Assembly (NCBI RefSeq): GCF_009914755.1
Contig: NC_060925.1
From: the human T2T-CHM13v2.0 reference genome, Homo sapiens
Strand: one strand, 5' to 3'
Length of the DNA stretch: 64,000 nt
Of the stretch, positions 21,439 through 39,900 are shown in pieces. Made by a program: the position numbers and the translations under genes. Each line of letters opens with the position of its first letter. The first letter of the stretch is position 1. A model generated the notes under the pieces. It ran no database searches. It was not told the DNA's origin and saw only the letters and a list, made by a program, of their open reading frames with translations.

Positions 21439-22021
21439 TCAAAAAAAAAAAAAAAAAAAAACAAAACAGGAATTATGTAGCATATATAAATTATGTTTTA
21501 AACTACTATCATATAACCTAGTAGTTCTCTCCAATGTAATCAACATATCCCTTAGTAAAATATTGTTTCTAGAGTTATAAATAGTATTCTGCCATAGGCC
21601 ACCCAGATCTCAGATCTCATCTTGATTCAAATGGGCACTACACAAGAATACATGGGGTGTTTAATTTATATTCATTTTGTTATTTTTCAGGACAGTGCCT
21701 CTAAGCCAGGAAATAGCCTTCAAGTAGAAGTGGAAACATCCACAGGCTAAGTTAAATGCTATATTCAAGCCACTCAATGTTCACAGTCTTATTCTAAGTA
21801 ATCAGGCCACTGACCCAAGTGTCAGTCAGCATCATCTTCAATCTCCCTATGAAAAGCTGAAGGAAAAGAAAATCTAATTAAAAGCCCAAGAAAAAATCCA
21901 CTTTAATCAAAACTGCAACTAAAAGGCAAAGGAACTTTAAGGTAGGAAAAAAACTTAAGACATGAAAAAATTAGGAATTACAAAAAGGGATGTCAAGAGG
22001 GAAAAAGAGGAGATACTGCGA

Positions 22022-22125
22022 TTTTTTTTTTAGAATAGTCAAATACAGCAGTGAGAAGAGGGAAAGAGTAGAATAAGGAGTTTGATCTGTAACCATCAAT
22101 TAAGATTAAATCACTAACTTCAGCC
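22022..22125 (-). pseudogene. Y1 RNA (RNY1-like) retropseudogene
   Basis: Reverse complement matches RNY1 (GTTACAGATC.AACTCCTT.TTCTACTCTTTCCC.CTTCTCACT.CTG...TTGACTA). A-tail as T10 at 22022-22031; degenerate TSD gatactgcgattt (22012-22024) / gatactgtaattt (22127-22139); internal ~11-nt deletion. Confidence 0.9.
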
Positions 22126-23895
22126 TGATACTGTAATTTAAATGACTAAAAGCAAGCCAATGAAAAATATGACTTTCCAAACAGAAGAGGCATAAAACTA
22201 TAGAAAAATAATGAAATACGAAGGGTTAAAATACAGAGAACCACAATTTTAGGAATATTTTACTATGAAGAACAGGAAACTGAATGTTTAAGTATATATA
22301 AAAGCAAAAGGAAGGAAACAATACATTTAGTTCCATCAAAATCAACAGAAAACCATCTACTATGAGCCTCTGTTGACAACTTCTCCCAAGTGAAACAATA
22401 CAGATGAGGGTCACAGACTTAGCCAGTGATAGGACCTACTACTCTGTAATCATCCATGGGCAACAGACAAGGGCTGTCAGAGGACCCAACAGACGGAAGC
22501 CAATGCTAGAAGACAGAACTAGTTTCCTCAAAAAAAAAAATCAGTCAAAGCCAGGAACGGTGTGGCTCATGCTGTCATCCCAGCACTTTGGGAGCCTGAG
22601 GCAGGAGGATCACTTGAGGCCAGGAGTTCAAGACCAGCCTGGGCAACACAGGGAGACCCTAGAAAAAAATTAAAAGTTGTTTTAATTGAAAACAAATCAG
22701 TCAAACAAATTACTGGTATGCTTTAAAAATAACTGTGTGACAGAAGAATTACTTGAACCCAGGAGGCGGAGGCTGCAGTGAGCTAAGATCACACCACTGC
22801 ACACCAGCCTAGGTGACAGAGTAAGACTCCGCCTAAAAAAAAAAAAATCAGCATGAATCACAAAAGAAAGATACACGCCAGATCATTATTGTTCTTAAGG
22901 TGAAGCAATTTAGTCATCTTAGCGTAAACACACATATGCTTTAGTAGACATATTAAGAAATCTCTGGAATAAAAAATGACCAGACTAACTAGAAAGCAGT
23001 TGAATCACCCACCTAAAAAACCGACTTACTAATTTAAAGCACTTACCATATTTTAAAATCTTTTTTACCTTAGAAGCCTTTTTCACTTCAGGTTTTATAT
23101 TTAAAACATTTTCCAAAAAAGTCAGGGTTTGTGTCACCTCTTGCAGTTGGAAATCAGTTTCAACTGTAAGTTACTTTAAATCCAGTACCAAAGCACTGAG
23201 ATTCCAAAGCAGTTGTCACATTAACTCCATTTCAGAATCCAAGTACCTGACTGCAGTCTCTAGTAAGAGAAGCCTCTAACTGGAAAAGTAACAGGAAAAG
23301 TTGTACTTTCTCATTTCAAATTTGGGGCCTACTATGCTGAATGAAGAAAGAGAGAACTTCAAGTTCAGCCTAATAGGCATTTACTACAAATAATATGACA
23401 ATGGTTGGCACTCAATTTTAAAATAAATGACTAGGCCAGGCGCAGTGGCTCATTCCTGTAATCCCAACACTTTGGAAGGCCAAGGTGGGAGGATCGATTG
23501 AGGCCAGGAGTTTGAAACCAACCTGGGAAACATAGCAAGACCCCATTTCTATAAAAAATTTAAAACTTAGGCCGGATGCAGTGGCTCACGCCTGTAATCC
23601 TAGCACTTTGGGAGGCCGAGACAGGTGGATCACCTGAGATCAGGAGTTAGAGACAAGCCTGGCCAACAAGGCGAAACCCGGTCTCTACTAAAAATAGAAA
23701 AAAATTAGCCAGGCATGGTGGCGAGCGCCTGTAATCCCAGCTACCTGGGAGGCTGAGGCAAGAGAATTGCTTGAACCTGGCTGGGGAACAGAGGTTGCAG
23801 TGAGCCAAGATCCCGCCCCTGCACAACAGCCTGAGTGACAGAGCAAGACTCCGTCTCAAAAAAAAATAAAAATAAAAATAAAAAATTACCCAGGC

Positions 23896-25010
<1,115 letters not shown>

Positions 25011-25114
25011 AAAATTAGCCAGGCATGGTGACATGCCCCTGTAATCGCAGCTACTCAGGAGGAGGCTTAAACAGGAGGATCGCTTGAGCCCAGGAATTTG
25101 AGGATGCAGTAAGC

Positions 25115-25655
25115 CAGGCTTGTCCAATCCGCAGCCCAGGACAGGTTTGAATGAGGCCCAAAACAAATTCGTAAACTTTCTTAAAACATTATGAGTTTTT
25201 TTGTGATTTTTTTTTTTTATTTTTAGCTCATCAGCTATCATTAGTGTTAATGTTTTGTTTTGGTTTTGGTTTTTTTGCTTTTTTTTAAGATGGAGTCTCG
25301 CTCTGTCACCCAGGCTGGAGTGCAGTGGCGCAATTTCCGCTCACCACAACCTCCATCTCCCAAGTTCAAGCAATTTCTCCCTGCCTCAGCCTCCCAAGTA
25401 GTTGGGATTACAGGAACCCACCACCACGTCCAGCTAATTTTTGTATTTTTAGTAAAGATGAGGTTTCACCATGTTGGCCAGACTGGTCTCGAACTCCTGA
25501 CCTCAGGTGATCTGCCTGCCTCGGCCTCCCAAAGTGCTGAGATTACAGGCGTGAGCCACCGCACCTGGCCAGTGTTGGTGTATTTTATGTGTGGCCCAAG
25601 ATATTTCTTCTTCTCCCAATGTGGCCCAGGGAAGCCAAAAGATTGGACACCCCTG
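25115..25655 (-). mobile_element. MER30 (hAT-Charlie MITE) containing an Alu
   Basis: TIRs caggcttgtccaa / ttggacacccctg; 8-bp TSD cagt(a/g)agc 25107-25114 / 25656-25663; MER30 body ggcccagggaagccaaaagattggacac. Alu inserted at ~25250-25570. Confidence 0.88.
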
Positions 25656-25924
25656 CAGTGAGCCATGATCACACCACTGCACTCCAGCATGGGCTACAGA
25701 GTGAGACTCTACGTCAAAAAAAAAAAAAAAATACATAAATTAAATGACTAAAATCCAGAAATTGCAGTCTTTAAAGAGTAAATTTTATAGCATGTGACCA
25801 ATCTCAATGAAGCTTTTATTATTTAAATGTGTTTTAAAAATAAATGACACTCAGAACGAAGTATTCCATATAACATAAACCACCTGTCTCTATGACTGAG
25901 AGACCACGAAAGTATATCTTAAAA

Positions 25925-27560
<1,636 letters not shown>

Positions 27561-28624
27561 GTATTTCATTTGAACACATGAAGCTATCAAATAAAGTCAT
27601 TTAACCCTGGTGTTAAATCAGCCTATGCTATGATCCCAACCTATCTTTCCAGTGCTCTATGGTTCTGGCCAAACCAGTCTGTTCCTTCTTTGAGAAACCA
27701 GTCCCAAGGACTCCCTCTCCAAAATGCTCTTACTATGTGGTCTGAACAGCTACCCGCTACAGCTTCAAATACAAATTACCTGAGTTGAAAAAACTATGCC
27801 TGCCTGCATCTGCTATAAAACATTTTAAAAGAGATCTTTTTTAAAAAGAAAATTGAAACACAATTTAATAATCCCCATCATAGAAGCAGCAAAAGTACTC
27901 ACCATTTCCCAAGTTTTCCAGGCTCTGTGCCTTTGCTTCATGCAATTTCCTGCCTCAAATCCTCTTAGCTACTTATCACATGTCCAAATCCTGCCAATCC
28001 TTCAAAACACAGGTGACACACCAACTCCTACACCAAATCTTCCCTAATGCCCCCATCCAGAGCTGATTCTCTTTCTTAAACCACAGTATCAACACCTTTT
28101 GAGGCACTTTCTTCTACCTAGTACTCAGTTGTGTACATGTCTCATCTTTCCCATTAATGAGAAAATCATCATGGGCACAATCTCTGTCTTGGTCATTTTG
28201 TATGCCCTATTTTGCTACATTAATTAAACTTGTATTTCACTAAAGCATATAATAAAAAGAAAGGGGCAAGAATCTAAAAGTTAAAAAAAAACAGGCTTTT
28301 AGTATGCATTCATTTGAATTAGGTCTTGTTTACCTGCAACAAACGCTATGTAAGAAAAGTACGAAAGGTAAGATCCTTCCCTCTCCATCCAGCTGCCCAG
28401 GGCCCTGGTATGCCTCCTGAAAAGGCAATAACTATGGGTTCTAAGAAGTCCTTGGACACTGCAACTTCTTAACACATTCAGGACATTGGAACTAAGTTGA
28501 CAAAAAGAATTTATAAGTTATATTTTAAAATAAATTTATTTATGACAATTACACAATTGCACAGTTTACATGCTGAGGCAAAATATGACGTTCAATACAT
28601 GGGAAGATAAACTGTATAAAACTA

Positions 28625-28971
<347 letters not shown>

Positions 28972-29927
28972 TCACAGAATAAATATTCCAAGGCTACATA
29001 TAATCCCAAGTTACTAAAGTTTTGAAGGGGAAGGTTGGTCTGGTTTTCTGTTTTTTTGAGACAGAGTCTCACTCTGTTGCCCAGACTGAAGTGCAATGCA
29101 GCCTTGACCTCCCAAGCTAAATCAATTCTCCCCCCTCAGCATCGCGAGTAGCTGAGACTACAGGTGCACACCACCATGCCTGGTTTTTTGTTTTTTTTTT
29201 TTAGAGACTGGGTTTTGCCATGTTGTCCAGGCTGGTCTCAAACTCTTGGGCTCAAGTGATCTGCCTGCCTCAGCCCCACAAAGTGCTGGGATTACAGGCA
29301 TGTGCCACTGTGCCCAGCCAACTAAAGTTTCTGTAGCGTCAAAAGTGTTTAAGGATTCCACAAAGACTAAATTCTCACTAAGCTATGCAAACAAAGGTGC
29401 TAAACCATTCCAACCAAAATATGAAAGAAACATGTAGATGTTTTATAAAGCTAGATTTCCTAAGAAATATTAATATTAATGAAAACTTTTCTCAATATAT
29501 TAATAGAAACAAGATGTCTGCACATTTTTCCAGTTTATAGATGTTAAAAATTAAGTCTCAACAAGGTCTTTAATCATATGTGTATAATCCTAAGTGTATA
29601 ACAACTTAGGAAATTTCAGTAATTATTCCTACAATAATGAATCACATAAAATATATATATGTACACATGGCAGATTATGCTACCAAGATCAGAATGTTCA
29701 AATCAGAAGGCAGTTCATCTTGTTAGAAAATTTACCCAGCAATAAAAATCTGAAGCCATCGTTAGATCAAGACAAATTTCAGTGAAAATTCTATACTGGA
29801 TACTGAACTGGAGGTGGGGGGTTATTCTTACAAATAATACTGAAGGATTACAATAATACTGTCAAATTATCAAATGTGTTAATACTACATTAGCCATTCT
29901 ACTGGTATTTATGGCACAAACTGCCAG

Positions 29928-30383
29928 ATGTAGTGCAATACTGATTCTTCCCTTCCTCCAGAGTAAGAGAACCCCTGATTTTTGACTAGGCACATAGTAA
30001 TTTCCAGCACAGAATATACTTTCTAGCTTCTCTTGCAGTTATGTGTGACCTTGTGATTCCGTTATAATCGAAGGGACATAGCAGAAGCGATATGTACAAT
30101 TTCTGGAAAGTATCTTCACAAGAAGGGAGTGTGCCCAGCTTTTGCCTTTTCCTCCTTCCTGCTGGTGAGAATGCAGAACTGATGTGAGAAAGTGGAGAAG
30201 CCACCTCTGACAAAAGGAAAGAGTTACATGTTGAAGGCTGGGTCCCCTAATGAGCATGAAGGTAGCATACTGGTTCAGGACTGTCTATGAGATACATGAA
30301 AGAAAGGAAACTTCTATCTTGTTTAAGCCATTGTTATTTTTGGTTTCTACCACTCACTGCTGAATCTAATCCTATCTAACACA
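29928..30383 (+). mobile_element. MLT1 (H/J-like) solo LTR
   Basis: tttctagcttctcttgcagttatgtgtgacc; aaacttctatcttgtttaagccattgttatttttggtttc...taatcctatctaacaca end. Confidence 0.7.
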
Positions 30384-30714
30384 CGGCAAAATTATAGAGA
30401 AAGAGTACTATATTTATTAAACTTTACTTTTTCAAATGATTTTTTTTGTTTTGTTTTGTTTTTGTTTTTTTTTTTTTTTTTTTTTGAGACAGAGTCTTGC
30501 TCTGTCACCCAGGCTGGAGTGCAGTGGCGTGATTTCGGCTCACCGCAACCTCGGCCTCCCAGGTTCAAGCGATTGTCCCGGATCCCGAGTAGCTAGGATT
30601 ACAGATGCCCGCCACCATACCCAGCTATTAAATAATTTTGAATACATAGTTTAAACTTACTAGGATTAAAATAAACTCATTTTGGGGGGCCAGGCGCAAC
30701 AGCTCACATCTCTA

Positions 30715-31645
<931 letters not shown>

Positions 31646-32682
31646 TAAAATGTTTTTTCTACACTATATTTGAGGTATAAAATTGTTATTATCAATAATT
31701 TTTTGGCCAGGCACGGTGGCTCACACCTATAATCCCCCAGCACTTTGGGAGGCAGAGGTGGGCAGATCACCGGAGGTCAGGAGTTCAAGACCTGCCTGGA
31801 CAACATGGCAAAACCCATCTCTACTAAAAATACAAAATTTAGCCAGGTGTGGTGGTGATCGCCTGTAACCCCAGCTCCTTGGGAGGCTGAGACAGCAGAA
31901 TTGCTTCAGCCCAGGAGGCGGAGGTTGCAGTGAGCTGAGATCGTCCAGCTTGGTGACAGAGGGAGACTCCATCTCAAAAAATAATAATAATAATAATAAC
32001 TTCCTAAGTATGCCTTGGGGTCAAGCGATTAAGCCAAATCTCCCTTATCTCTACCTCAATAATACCATACGTTAATATTATTCATTCATTTAACAAATGA
32101 ATGCCTACTGTACTCTTCGCAAGCAAGGTGCACTGAAGTGACCAAAGCAGATGATGGGCCTCTTCCTCCGGGAGTTTGCAAGCCAGTATCAATGCAGCCG
32201 AGGCAGTAGAAGCCTCTGCTTCCCTCTTCTCTAGCCTCCAAGTTCATCACTCCCCTGCTGTCATCATATTCTTGCTTCAGGCTACAATATGAGAGTACAA
32301 TGTGACTAGACTTCAGCTTTGCTCTGCTAATATAATCACACATAATCATATTCCTCAAAGATGACACTCCTGTTACCAAAATTAGCATCAGCATCTTACC
32401 AAAATGCCATAGCAGTTATCACTGATGGTGGGTCAGTTTTCCACATGGCAAATCTTATTTATCACAAGATATCTTTCCCTAACTGTACCTTATGGGGTTC
32501 TCTTATCCTTACATTTTGTTGTTGTTGAGACAGGGTCTCACTCTGTCTCCCAGGCTGGAAAGCAATGGCACAATATTGGCTCACTGCAGCCTTGACCTCC
32601 TAGGCTCAAACAATCCTCCCGCCTCAGCCTTCTGAGTAGCTTGGGCTACAGGCACGTGCTACCACGCCTGGCTAATTTTTAA

Positions 32683-32817
<135 letters not shown>

Positions 32818-33899
32818 TAAATTTGAAAAATACTTTGCAGTTCCGCCGCCCCCCACCCAGTCCCAGGGACTATACTGAAAAATGTCAGAATGTAGGGCTG
32901 CTTAGGCAGATAGCCAAATATTTTTAGTTACTCCTCACAGGCCATTACATCAACCTCATTAGAGATTTGAAGCCAGACCAACAAGAGGTCTTGCTCTTTC
33001 CCTCAATTGCCTTTCTTCTTGAATCTCTCTAAGAGGATGGAACACTAATCGGATTGGGTCAAGAGTCCACAGTACTGATTGAACCCTGTGTACAACTATG
33101 AAGATCAATGAAGATTAAAAGTTACACAAATCTTGATTCAAGTGCAAGATAGAAAAAAAAGTCACATACATGTAAGAGTTTGTGTTCTTGTTCTTGGTCA
33201 TTTCACTCTTACACACTCTAAAAGACTAATTGTTGGGGTCTTCTGCAAAGCCATCAACCAAAGAGTAGTAAGACAGTGAAATTTAGGAGGATGAGAGAGC
33301 CCTTGACTAGTCCTGGAGCTTAAGTAATATGATGTCACCCTGTTTACTACACAAATTTACATTGGTATTTTGGCCAAAAGCCCAAATTAATAATAAAGTA
33401 ATACTTCTAATTTCCTACTTGCCATTGTTCTACTTATATAAATCTCCTTCAGAGGCCAGGCGTGGTGGGTCATACCTGTAGTAACAGCACTTTGGGAGGC
33501 CGAGGTGGGAGAATCACTTGGACCCTCAAGATCGAGGCTGCAATGAGCCGTGATCATGCACCACTGCACTCTAGAACCTGGGCAACAGAGCAAGACCTTG
33601 TCTCAAAAAAAAAAAAAAAAAAAAAAACCTCCTTCAGGAAGCTAAGCCATGATATTCTGATCATTTATTAACACCCCAAACTTCAAACTGTACTATTACT
33701 CTATTCACTTGGTATTTAATCACATATTGTTTTTAGCATTTCCTATATTCAAGGAATAGCAAACATTTTAGAATTGGTACCTCAAAGAGAATCTATTCAA
33801 ACCATCTAGAGTTCACCCATTGTCTCCTGCAGATCTCCTGATTATTATAAACAACAAAGAGAACATACTGGAAAGCTAGATCTCTAGATGACAATAACA

Positions 33900-34145
33900 G
33901 TAATAATAAAAAGAGGCTGATATTTATTGACCATTTACTATGTGCCAGGGACCTTTTTAAATACTTTATATGAATTAATTACTTTGGTCCTCACAACAAA
34001 CCCACGAGTATTATTATTATCTCAATTTTACAGATGAGGAAACTGAGACCCAGAAAGGTAAATAACCTGCCCGAAGTCACAGAGTTAATAAGCAGTGGGC
34101 TGCAGATTGAGTCTAGAGCTCTTAACAACTTTTCTGCAATAGCAT
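33900..34145 (-). mobile_element. MIR
   Basis: tactatgtgccagg...attttacagatgaggaaactgagacccagaaaggtaaataacctgccc. Confidence 0.8.
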
Positions 34146-34375
34146 AATAGTTAGTTAACGGTAGACAAATACTACAGCTTGGTAAGTTCTGAAACTTAGG
34201 GCCAAAAAGATATTCAAGGAGGCAAAAGACAACACAGATCTGCATCTCCAGAGAGAGATTTTCAAAATTTGAGGCTGGACCAAATTGGTGTTTAAACAAA
34301 GTATTGAGGGAGGGCTGGGTGCAGTGACTCACGCCTGTAATCCCAGCACTTTGGGAGGCCAAGGCAGGCGGATCA

Positions 34376-34645
<270 letters not shown>

Positions 34646-35381
34646 TCATGAGGAACATCAATATTTAACATAAACTCAGCACATTTTAGGTCAAAATGAT
34701 AATACAGTAAGGTAGTATTTGTGTATATTATAGATATACAACATATATTACAAACCAAAATACATAATGATTATCCCTACTCCATAGGAAGTAGAACATA
34801 ATTTAACTATAATTACTATAGGTTTATGGTAGCATCTCTGTTGGCTGTAGCTAAGATTTTTCATGCTAAGTCCTTAGGCAGGAATGCAACCTATAATAAT
34901 GTTACTACAAGAGACAATAATCTGCTTTAAAATCTTTCTTCAGACATGCTTTCCAGGGAACAGACAGTTGTGAAACGAAAGTCAGCCTAAATAGATGGAC
35001 CATATTTCAATGACTCTAAGACTCATAATGTTTGTTTTACATTTGTATAGTATGCCACTGGAATTAGGAAAGGTCTCACAGAGGTTAACTGGCATTTTTT
35101 TCATTCTTAGCAGTATACAAAATAATAATTCATTTTACAAATGATGGCATCTTGGAGTCAATAAAATGTTTTTCAGAATACATCTAATTTTAAGTGTGAA
35201 CACACATACTGCTGTAGTCACAGGAAAACTTTCTGCCTTCAAGAGATGTATAATCTAATAAAGAGAACATAATTATCTCTAAAATATAAATGGAAGTAAT
35301 AAACATTAATACAAGACATGAAGTGATCAAATGAGTGAGAAGGTTATAACAAGAACTGAAGAAAAGGTATTTAAGTGGTAG

Positions 35382-35772
<391 letters not shown>

Positions 35773-36774
35773 TAAAATAAATCCAGACATAGTGGCTCAT
35801 GCCTGTAATCCCAACACTTTGGGATACCAAGGTGGGTAGATCACTTCAGCTGAGAAGTTCAAGACCAGCCTGGGCAACATGGCAAAACTCTGTCTCTATA
35901 AAAAATACAAAAATTAGCTAGGTGTGATGGTGCATGCCTATGGTCCCAGCTACTCAGGTGGCTGAGGCAGGAGGATCATTTGAGCCCGAGGGGGTCAAGG
36001 CTGCAGTGAGCAGAGATTGCGCCACTGCACTCCAACCTGGATGACAGAGCAAGACCTTTCCTCAAAAAATTTAAATTTAAATTAAAAAAAATTAATTTTA
36101 CAGGTGCATCTCAAACTGTGTTCTATTAAACTAGAATAGTAGTATCTATCCCATGAGTATCTCATGAGAAAGAAACAGGTATTCTTTGGGGTAAGGGAGG
36201 AAAATGAAAAACAAAAACCCTCTATAGTATAAAATGTTTCTGAGGCTTTAAAGAGCTCATGTGCATTATAAACTTATTTCACCCCACACTTAAAATACTT
36301 GCAGCATATTAGGAAGCCATAAATACAGTTCGGGAAACACTGACTTGGGTAGGCAGGTAGGTAGACAGGTAGTCAGTAGGCGGGCAGAGTCACAGAAAAT
36401 AAAAGGAGAATAAGACAAATGTAATAAAGTGATACCACCTAAAAAAAGGATCATAACTGACTACGAGTTATGACTATGAAGTCTCTTGAAGGAAAATAAG
36501 GTGTTAGAATAAGCTATCAAAATCAACAATAGCCGCCAGGCGCAGTGGCTCACGCCTAGAATCCACTTGTGTGGATATACTTCCCCAGCATAGCCAGGTC
36601 CTGCCAGAGAACATTTCCAGTGCCTCCCCAGGCAGTTCACACAGACAGACATATGCCCACATGCTCATCTGCTCACACTCCCCCTGAACTGTATTCACCC
36701 CACACACACTGAGTGCCTTCATCACTGTACTCCCTTGCTTCCCACCCCAGAAGCAGGAAGAAGGTCAAGAATCA

Positions 36775-36909
<135 letters not shown>

Positions 36910-39900
36910 TTAGCCAGGTGTAGTGGTACACACCTCTAGTCCCAGTCCCAGCTACTCGGGAGGCCAAGGAGGGAGGATAACTTGAGCCCAGGAGTTCAAG
37001 GCTGCAGTGAGCTATGCTCATGCCACTGCACTCCAGCCTGAACAACAGAGCGAGACCCTCTCTCAAAAAAGAATCAGACTTCTGGGAGCCTAGGGAACAT
37101 ATACAGGTGCCAATGAATGTGTCCGTGCATGCTCTGCTAAGTGTGTGCATGGCTGCGTGAGCTAGAATGGGTTTTTGTAGGAGGAGCTCTGCCCTGCTGC
37201 TGCAGGACTGTCTGAAGATGCTGCACAGCCATGCTTCCTCACAAGCTCTCTTTTAAGGTTAGTCCAGGCCAACCACATTAATATTGTCCCCTTTGGGGTG
37301 GTATATTTATTGCAACACACAGCCTGGACATTCATATACAGGGCCATGGCACTAGGGTAAGGTGCCACAAACTCCTCCTGCTGAGGAGGCAACAAGGTAT
37401 CTGGTCGCTAAAGCTGGGTGGGACCCATATCCCTGACAGTATTCCAGTATGTATGAGGCACTGCAGACCTGGGGTTTTTGTTCTTAGGTGAGGCCTGGCT
37501 CGTACGGCTTAAATTTCTGTTCTACTTTTCCCCAACTTGAGATGACTCGGAAGACTTTCTGTTCCTTGCAATGAAAAACAGCCTAACCAAAGTCCTTAAA
37601 AGTCATGTATATAACTACTTTAAAATTAAGATAAAACCCATGGCTTCGACTTCTGATGCAAATACCCAAGACAAATAGGGTATGAGGATTCCTCAAATAC
37701 CGAGTGGTTTATGAATTAGAGGCCACATCATTTTATAACTAACCATATAAGGAAAATTTTCACAGTTAAATATATTGCTCACACTTGCTGACATACTGGC
37801 AAATTTTACCAGTTAAAAATATGCCGTGTGCAGTGGCTCACGCCTGTAATCCCGGCCCTTTAGGAAGCCAAGGCAGGTGGATCACTTGAGGTTAGGAGTT
37901 CAAGACCAGCCTGGCCAACATGGTAAAACCCTGTCTCTTCTAAAAATACAAAAATTAGCCAGGTGTGGTGGCACATGTCTGTAATCCCAGCTACTCGGGA
38001 GACTGAGGCAGGAAAATCGCTTGAACCTGGGAAGCAAAGTTGCAGTGAGCCGAGATCGTGCCATCGCACTCCAGCCTGGGTGACAGAGCAAGACTCCATC
38101 TCGAAAAATAATAATAATAATAATTTTACACTGGCACAGACCACTTTACCAAAAAAAGCATCTTATATTAACTGTACTCTCTGACCTAGTTACCTAATGT
38201 ACAGACACACAGTACATCTTATATTACTTGGCACACCAACAAGTTAGCTATACAAATCACAATTCCAACCCAAACTTGAAGCTAGTAAATATATTTAGTA
38301 TTTGAACTTGAGTTGTGTTCAAATGTTCATTAAATTGGCCTATGCAATCTTAACAATGTTCTAACACATATTTAAAATGCTCATTTCTCCTCCATTATTT
38401 AAAAAAAACACACACACACACACAAACTATAACTCTGTTAGACAAGAAACCAAACATAAGCCAAAAGGCTCGGCAAAATCACACTTAAATAGGACAAGGA
38501 GAGCTTCAACTTCAGAATAATTATCAGGATACCAATCACACAAATATGATTCAACAATCACTTAAATATCATTCAAGAGGAATTCCTGGTAGTAAAAAAA
38601 GAAATCCCGTAATTAACTAGAGCACAGCATTATCAGAAACTGATTATGTAAAACAATAGCTTTTCTTTCAGGATGTGTGTATGTGTGTGTAACGAAGTTC
38701 ACAGCTAGGTTACACTAATGACTCACTTAAACATTTGAATTTTCTGCTATCTTAACCTTTAAATCGACTGCAAAAGTAGCTGCCAAAAGTAGCTTAGTAG
38801 GAAAGCATACTACTCTCAAAAGAACTTGGTATGTCCAACTTATTTTACTACTTAAATTTTTTTTGATCACTGATATTTGAAACTAATTTTTAAGTAATGA
38901 ATGCTTACTAAATCCATGATAATATTCAGCATATACAGGTTTTTAGAAGGGCACAGATTATATTCTTATATGTGTGTTTTTACAGCACCTGGAACATTTC
39001 TGTTCAGTATCTGTTCAGTATTACACATAATTATTGCAGGACCTGACAGTGTTTACTATCCTATTTTTTCCTTTTTTTTTTTTTTTTTTAGACAGAGTCT
39101 CGCTGTGTCACCCAGGATGGAGTGCAGTGGTGCCAATCTCAGCTCCCTGCAACCTCTGCCTCTGAGTTCAAGCAATTATCGTGCCTCAGCCCCCCAAGTA
39201 GCTGGGATTACAGCCACGCGCCAAAGTGCCAGGCTAATTTTTGTATTTTTAGTAGAGACGAGGTTTCACCATGTTGGCCAGGCTGGTCTCGAACTCCTGA
39301 CCTCAAGTGGTCCACTCGCCTTGGCCTCCCAAAGTGCTGGGATTACAGGCGTGAGCCACCGCACTAGGCCTTACTGTCCTATTTTTTAAAAGCTTTTTCG
39401 ACTGACCAGTAAATCAAAGTTGAAAAGGTAACTGGTACATTTTATTTCTTGATTTGGATTACCTTTTTGTTGTGAATTGGTTCTCAGTTCTAGTTTCCTT
39501 GTGACAAAACACTGATGGAGAATATATTGAACTGAAATCCCCTGAATCCATTCCCACTGAGAAAATAATACATTTGAACTGTTCACATTTCATTGTAAAA
39601 GATACACAACTTTAGAGATTACTCTTGAAGTTTTGAAAGTAAAGTGAATCAGAAGTCACATTCCTAGAAGCAGTCAGTCTGGAACAGATGTTTATCCTAC
39701 ACACCCAGTCCCCTTTACCACTGCAAACCTCTCTAATAGTTCATTACATTAGAACAACTGAGATGGGCCAGGATTTGTGAAAATAAAAATCCTTTGAGAC
39801 ATTTATTAAGCAGATTATCTCTGAAACTGCACCTTAGTTTACAAGCCTTTGGGCAACAATTTGACCCTCTTCTATGATAATTTGTGTACACACTCATTTC

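Noticed and set aside
23040-23075. Two donor-like sites (ATG|GTAAGT, AAG|GTAAAA) on the minus strand
   Set aside because: No supportable exon boundary upstream.
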